A DNA stretch of 64,000 bases from Macrostomum lignano (taxonomy: Eukaryota). Each line of letters opens with the position of its first letter. Position 1 is the stretch's first letter. The position numbers were made by a program, and so were the translations under genes. Shown in pieces: positions 58,201-64,000 of the stretch. The stretch covers positions 310,001-374,000 of the forward strand of contig NIVC01000104.1 in assembly GCA_002269645.1 (NCBI GenBank), in the 5' to 3' direction. Under the pieces are notes generated by a model that made no database searches, was not told the DNA's origin, and saw only the letters and a list, made by a program, of their open reading frames with translations.

Positions 58201-60524
58201 TTTACCAGGTCGGGAGTTATAAAGGGAACAAGAGGTTTCGGCGAAGGTGATTTAGGCGAAAGAGGTTTCGGTGAAGGTGATCTAGGCGAAAGAGGTTTCG
58301 GTGAAGGTGATCTAGGCGAAAGAGGTTTCGGCGAAGGTGATCTAGGCGAAAGAGGTTTCGGCGAAGGTGATCTAGGCGAAAGAGGTTTCGGTGAAGGTGA
58401 TCTAGGCGAAAGAGGTTTCGGCGAAGGTGATTTAGGCGAAAGAGGTTTCGGCGAAGGTGATCTAGGCGAAAGAGGTTTCCGCGAAGGTGATCTAGGCGAA
58501 AGAGGTTTCGGCGAAGGTGATTTAGGCGAAAGAGGTTTCGGCGAAGGTGATTTAGGCGAAAGAGGTTTCCGCGAAGGTGATCTAGGCGAAAGAGGTTTCG
58601 GCGAAGGTGATTTAGGCGAAAGAGGTTTCGGCGAAGGTGATTTAGGCGAAAGAGGTTTCGGCGAAGGTGATCTAGGCGAAAGAGGTTTCGGCGAAGGTGA
58701 TCTAGGCGAAAGAGGTCTCAGGCAGTATCTAAGGCGTTCTAGAGTAGCTGTAGAATCACTGAGTAGCGTCTTAAGTGCATTTGAGTGGGTGGCATCACAA
58801 GCCCGAAATATAATAACTCCGAACTTGCTAGCAACACCCATCACAAATCCGAGGTATCATAAAACCGAATGGAGCACGAGAAATTTCCACAGACGAATTG
58901 CCCGCAATGCTTTCTTCCTGCAACGCATTTGGCAGCTAGATTCTGTCTGCATTGCCTCCCCCCCCCCCCAAAAAAATATATATGCATTTGATATGCAGTT
59001 ACTATCAAGACGTTTTGATCGGGTAAATCTCTATTAAAACTTACTAAGCATTGGGGAGGCAATGCGGACAAAATCTGCCGTGTGGATAAATGCGCTGCAG
59101 GAAAAAAAGCATTGCGGGCAAACCTCGGTGGGCAATTCTCATGGACCCAAAACCGAAATATCACAAAACCGAAATATCATAACTCCGAAAACCAAAATAG
59201 TGTTGGACATTGCTAGAAAAACTTTCGGAGTTTTGGAAGGGATACTTCGTAGGATATAAATTAGCTCGTAATAAACTTTCACTACAGTTAGCAAAACAAC
59301 AACAGCAACAACAAAAGCTAAACAAACTTGTCAGCCTCGGCTCGTTCTCCATTCGCTTTGTCCAAGGCCAACTGCAGCGCCGCCCTCTCTCCGGCCAGCT
59401 TATCCAACTGATGACGAAGGCCGTTAATCTCTCGTTCGTATAAGCCGCTAGATTCTTCCCGTTCGTGAGTCATCGATTCGCTCAAGGTTTCATATTGACG
59501 CCGGACTGTATCGGCAGACTGCTGCTGCGACCGGACAAATTCAATGTAGCAGGCCAGCTGCGTGTTCAAATGAGCCAATTCTTCTTTTTCTTGTTCGCGA
59601 GAGATCGCTAACGGGCTGCGGGAGCGACGCCTGGCGCCAGCGGCGCCGCCCGAGGTTGACGGCTCGCCTGAGGCGGCGCCAACAGTTGGGGCGCCAGTTA
59701 GAGAAGACTTGGTCATCTGGAGTTTTAGTCCTTGATTCATTAGATACTTGTTTATTTTAGCTAAATAGTAGTCAGGGGAATCTATTGCAGGGTCATCAAG
59801 GGACCATGACACCCACAGGAAGGAGCTTCAGGGGAGCCTGACACCCACAGGAAGAAGCTTCAGGGGAGTCTGATACCCACAGGAAGGAGCTTCAGGGGAG
59901 CCTGATACCCACAGGAAGGAGCTTCAGGGGAGCCTGATACCCACAGGAAGAAGCTTCAGGGGAGCCTGATACCCACAGGAAGGAGCTTCAGGGGAGCCTG
60001 ATACCCACAGGAAGGAGCTTCAGGGGAGCCTGATACCCACAGGAAGGAGCTTCAGGGGAGCCTGATACCCACAGGAAGGAGCTTCAGGGGAGCCTGATAC
60101 CCACAGGAAGGAGCTTCAGGGGAGCCTGATACCCACAGGAAGGAGCTTCAGGGGAGCCTGATACCCACAGGAAGGAGCTTCAGGGGACCATTCTGTTACC
60201 TCCATCCAGAACTACAGTAGTCAGAAGACCAGTGGTGCTTCAGGGTATCCTAAGGTGCTAGCTTTAAATTAAGACTTGTTTATTACAATAAATTCGGTAT
60301 TAAATTCCTTTCTACAGTAAAATGGATACTTTCAAATTTACCTTTCGACTAGAGGTAGTGGTAGTAGTAACAGTGCTACCAGACACCTGCTTCTGTGGAG
60401 AAACAGTCGTGGCCGAGACTTCACTCTGGGCAGCGGCGGCAGCGCTTGAAGCCTCAGACTCAGTAGTGCTGGTGGTGCGCACTCGCTCAGACTTGCGCTT
60501 AGTAGTTCCAGATTTGCTAGACAT
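46267..60524 (-). CDS. Nuclear lamin (B-type, CaaX = CSVM), ~668 aa, 8 coding exons
   Basis: Exons 60524-60342, 59716-59328, 58142-57857, 57058-56771, 56154-55723, 53530-53333, 53155-53039, 46380-46267, phases consistent. CDK site plus coil 1A SPLAISREQEKEELAHLN, rod end KLALDQEILAYRQLLDEE, NLS KRR, lamin tail Ig domain (GQFVRLRN...IGGWTL...FKFP...VWSSDAG.HNPP), terminal CSVM. Confidence 0.93.
47481..48421 (+). pseudogene. Interrupted ORF of uncertain identity (~300 codons, 3 in-frame stops)
   Basis: ORFs 47481-47708 and 47889-48392 share one frame, bridged by protein-like sequence with TGA/TAG/TGA stops. Confidence 0.4.
49578..50437 (+). pseudogene. Frameshifted coiled-coil + BEN-domain gene
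   Basis: Stitched over ~5 indels: MNSLY/RIRALEKDIEDERKRSAHLAQSNTQLLNQVHQL... then TKSAFMRAVLRALFSEDQFLRETCSGR...AIAYAKQVGVNVGEKEFRR...AIKCRM, which follows the BEN helical pattern. Confidence 0.6.
50938..52014 (+). pseudogene. Interrupted ORF with possible C2H2-like start and acidic tail
   Basis: CPHSTC-x10-H-x4-H near 50975-51045; ORF 51364-51840 continues in frame past TAA into an acidic tail (FPDDDYATNDNSIDAADITSE) ending at 52014. Confidence 0.35.
53744..53930. repeat. 12-bp repeat (CAGCTGCGCTTA)n, ~15 perfect copies
   Basis: Lamin intron. Confidence 0.96.
54110..54530. repeat. 21-bp repeat (GGGATTGTGATTCTTAGAATG)n
   Basis: Lamin intron. Confidence 0.92.
54672..55686 (+). mobile_element. 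Tc1/mariner-like internally deleted element with N-terminal transposase HTH fragment
   Basis: ~135-bp TIRs (54672-54805 vs 55305-55686, the right one split by a MITE), TA on both sides; ORF from 54984 MPCMRISSVDRSRLV...TASDIIRRYVDEGRIDLNARGG..R...YVEEKP(TVTLKEMQQKL) resembles a paired-like HTH; no DDE core. Confidence 0.82.
55350..55596. mobile_element. PIF/Harbinger (Tourist)-like MITE, 247 bp
   Basis: Imperfect ~25-bp TIR (GGGCCCGTTCTATAAAGCCATCGTA / GGGGTCGTACTATAAAGCTGTCGTA), TCA duplicated at 55347-49 and 55597-99; removing it restores the host TIR. Confidence 0.82.
57420..57780. repeat. 14-bp repeat (CTGAGATCTGATAG)n
   Basis: Lamin intron. Confidence 0.9.
58212..58715. repeat. 30-bp minisatellite (AGAGGTTTCGGCGAAGGTGATCTAGGCGAA)n
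   Basis: Lamin intron. Confidence 0.95.
58871..59147. mobile_element. Foldback/MITE-like inverted repeat in a lamin intron
   Basis: TTGCCCGCAATGCTTTCTTCCTGCAACGCATTT...GCATTGCCTCCCC pairs with GGGGAGGCAATGCG...AAAGCATTGCGGGCAA; ~90-bp spacer. Confidence 0.6.
59808..60187. repeat. 32-bp minisatellite (AGGAAGGAGCTTCAGGGGAGCCTGATACCCAC)n
   Basis: First lamin coding intron. Confidence 0.95.
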
Positions 60525-61192
60525 TCTTATAGATGTCTCTTATTGATATGATATCTATTGGCAAGATGAGGTTGCACCAGTTGCTAGCCGGATGACTTTG
60601 CCAAGCAGAAGAATTGCAGAAAACATTATAGTTCATAATTGCACAAAAGTAAATAGTAGCCTTAGATAAATGCAAATTTGTCCAATTTATGAACTTGTCC
60701 AATTTATGAACTGGAGCTATATCTGGCTTTTTAAGAATTTAAATCTGAATGACACAGTGCCTTTCTGACTTAGAAGTTGCAGAAGTTTTGAAATCTCAAG
60801 AATGTCAATAACTATAAAACTATACTTGAAATGAAATATGAAATAGAAAATATGAAACAAGTTAAATGGCACATAGGGTCAAAATTTAGGAGGCCAAAAT
60901 TAAGTTATTGTCACACACTATGAAATCACTTGACTCTTGAAAATGCTGCTTATAGGGGAAACTCTCATTGCAGTAAGGTCATAGGCAATCATAGTCATAT
61001 ATGTATAACTTCTAGCTGACCTAGCTAATGTGGCCAGGATAAACTGAGATAGACCAAGAGTAAGTCACAATTTATTTGATAAGCTTTAGGCCTACTCAAA
61101 AGACAAAAGTTGATAATAGTAATGAATTGAATTTTTATTATTTTGTCTCAGGTAAGTCACAAAACTAAGCTATATCATGCTTGGGCGCAACC

Positions 61193-61332
61193 TTGGGATT
61201 CACCTGGCCATTTCTATTGGCAACACACACATGTAAGTCACTATTGGACTGAATAGTAGTCACATGCCTGCTCTTAGCCAATAGCAACTTACATGTATGT
61301 GTTGCTAATAGAAATAGCTGGATGATTCCCAA
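61193..61332. repeat. ~55-bp imperfect inverted repeat with ~30-nt loop
   Basis: TTGGGATTCACCTGGCCATTTCTATTGGCAACACACACATGTAAGT...TATTGG vs CCAATAG...ACTTACATGTATGTGTTGCTAATAGAAATAGCTGGATGATTCCCAA. Confidence 0.7.
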
Positions 61333-63334
61333 AGTTGGGCATGTGAGCTATATTTTAGTTAAAACAAATTGCATGGCTGTATTGTTGCATAGAGATTGTT
61401 TATATAAGAAGAAAATCATATGCAATATTGTTAATGCCATTGTACCATATAGGGATATTAATTTTTAGCCTTAGCTTAACCTAATAAGTCAACAATGAGA
61501 ACAAAAATATTCATCAATTTGCTTTTTATATAATAACTACTTCCTTGGGTAAGGCCTAAGGGCCTAGCCTAGCTTATTAGACCTCTTTCTAAATATATTT
61601 TAGGAATAGTATGTGTATGTATAGGCCTATGCATAGTATGAATATATAATCTATAATTATAGCCTAGGCCTTATAAATTAAAATAAAAAGTGATCTATAT
61701 TTATTGATCTATCTAAGAACATTTAATAGAATCAATTATTTGGTAGTCAAATACATGAGGGCTCAAAAGGCCAGTTAGATAATAGACTATGGTATTATAT
61801 ATACTTTTGCACAAAATGTGCATACATTCTAATCTAATTCAATAGACAAATATGTCTAATCCCTTAGTGTAGGCCAAACCCCAAAATAGCCTAGCCTATA
61901 CAAAACTCATCATAGTATAGATTTGATAGATTTTAGAATAATTATCTGTTTATCTTTATTTTAATAAACTTTTTATACATATATCATAGGCCTGAATTGC
62001 TTGATACTATACTTAGTCTAGTCTTAAGATGATACCATACCATGACAATGGCAATATAATAATAATAGGCCTATAGATAATAAGTGATTGTGGTTTCTGA
62101 TCATGCCAAAATTGTGTTGTCTTATCTCTACCTATAAAAATCAAAACTCTGTCTGTCTATGGACAAATTACTTCGCTATGGACTCCCAAACTGCTCAACC
62201 AAATGACACCAAACTTTATACCCACCCTAAACTTACGACAGAGAATGTCTTAGGCTACCTTTAAATTTTTTAGACTCAAGTCTTCCTACCTAAAAGTACA
62301 AAAAACTGCTTAAAACACGCGATTTTTTCACTTAATACTCCATAGTGCTGCTCCACTTCTACCAATTCTCTTCAAATTTTACACACATGATCTTCAACTA
62401 TTTTGGCACAATTGTGTAAAATTTCAAGTCTCAAAGTGAATCCTGAATGGTGCTGTGCACTTTTAAAGTTAGGCTGCTTTTTTCAGTGAAGCAACCACCC
62501 CAACCTCCGCCCGCCTGCCTCTCTTTCCCAATCTTGATCTGGGCCTAGATGGGTAAAATGGGTTTCAAAATTGACTAACTTTCAGCTGCCATAAGTTTGC
62601 TCCACGTGAAGCAATTGACTTCAAACTTGACACAATTCTTCATTGACTCATTCTCTATCTAAATGTAAAGTTTCAACTCTGTAACTCAACCGAAAAAGAA
62701 ACTGTAAGCATGTGAAGTCTGTCTGCTTTTTCTGTTGTTTGTGCCACTTACTCATTCTCCCAGCCCAGTTGAAGGCTCAGGCCATAGGGCTCAATGTAAA
62801 TAGCAAATGTACAGTGTTTTTGGAATAACTTTTTAATAGCCTCTGTATCCCCACAAGTGGCAGAGGCGTGGAGAGGAGATAGTTTAGACTTTAGCGAGAT
62901 TCAAACCATTGTCCTCTGAATAGACAAGTTTGCAGCAGTTAAACAAGGATGGCAAATCAAGGCGATGTGGGATCTTTTGTAAAAATAGCAAAAAATTAAT
63001 GAATAACTGATTACAATACAATCCTACTAAGTTAGCTACACCATGAAAATTTTAACATTAAGATTTGTGCATACTTTAAAATTTAAATGGCCTCCTAGGA
63101 AATGCGTAATTTCTTGGTTGTTAGACTACTGCAGACTGTGGTGGTGGAGCTGGAGATATAGAAATTCCTCTCAGGGCTGCTAATTGACCAGAAAGATGAC
63201 GTGATTAAAGCACGAAAAATGATAACAACCATGATAGTACTGTCCCACAAACTGGCTTTCCAAGCAGGGATTGGCAGATTTTTCTCAAAGGCCATGCAGA
63301 TAAAGAATCCAACTCATGGCTGCTGGTAAGATGA

Positions 63335-64000
63335 GAGCAAAAAGGAGAAGGAAAAGACTATTAGAAAGAGAGGAGGGCGAGAGGGGATAAGAAAAAAGAT
63401 AGACGATAATAAGAGAGACGAGGGGTGAGGAGAGAGCAGAGAATATGGGAGGAAGAAATGAGAGGAAAGGAGAGAGGAGGGAGAGGAAAGAGTAAAGGTG
63501 AGAAGAGGGAGAAAGAAGAGGGGAGAGATGAGAGAGCAGAGAGAAGATGAGAGAGGATCGAGAGGAGAGATTAAAGAGGGTAGAGAAGAGAGGAGTGAGA
63601 AGAGAGTTGAGAAAGAAGAGAGATAAGGGAAGTAAGTGTAAAGGGAAGAGGAGGAGAGATGAAAGAGATGAGATTGTTGAGATATGAGAGATGAAAGGAA
63701 AGATGATTGAGAGAGTAGAGATAAGAGATGAAGGAAGAGAGAGCAGAGTGCAGAGAAACGAGAGAAGAGAATAAGGGGAAAAGAGTATAGAAGAGGGAAG
63801 AGAAGAGAGGAGTCAGAAGAGGGGAAAGAAAAGAGTACACAGTAGAGAGGAGAGTAGAGATAACAGAAGAGATAGGGAAATGAGAGAGCAAAGATGAGAG
63901 TGAACAGATGATATAAGAGAGGAGAGAGAAGAGTGAGAGAGAAGAGAGAAGACAAGAGAGAGAGAGAGTATAGAAGAGAGAAGAGAAGAGACAAGAAGAA
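63335..64000. repeat. Polypurine low-complexity tract
   Basis: Direct reading; source of spurious Leu/Ser ORFs. Confidence 0.93.

Noticed and set aside
58068-58844. (SPRSPSPKPL)n, a CDK-site array on the lamin sense strand
   Set aside because: The nearest acceptor is phase 1 while the upstream donor is phase 2, and inclusion would break coil 1B; treated as a satellite artefact.
63219-63325. Possible first coding exon of a + strand gene (MITTMIVLSHKLAFQAGIGRFFSK...; donor GTAAGA)
   Set aside because: No recognisable homology and no downstream exon within the window, so it cannot be supported.

Overview
Eukaryotic, intron-containing invertebrate DNA; the style (GC-rich exons, introns and spacers packed with micro/minisatellites such as (CAGA)n) suggests a Macrostomum-like flatworm, but the species cannot be determined from sequence alone. 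Seven multi-exon genes were reconstructed by hand with GT-AG junctions and consistent phases: a Cys-less pentameric ligand-gated ion channel (-), HSBP1 (+), V-ATPase V0 subunit d (-), transaldolase (+), WDSUB1 (-), KDEL receptor (-) and a CaaX-bearing lamin (-), plus a possible small orphan gene (-). Most long ORFs in the supplied track are artefacts of tandem repeats. Mobile DNA is mostly intronic: a CCC...GGG CMC/EnSpm-type MITE, an LTR with a tRNA-Leu PBS and a hairpin-packed enhancer, a Tc1-like deletion derivative with a Harbinger-type MITE nested in its TIR, several foldbacks, and a ~6 kb decayed multi-ORF insert (coiled-coil + BEN domain) in the last lamin intron. All family assignments rest on recalled motifs; no database searches were run.
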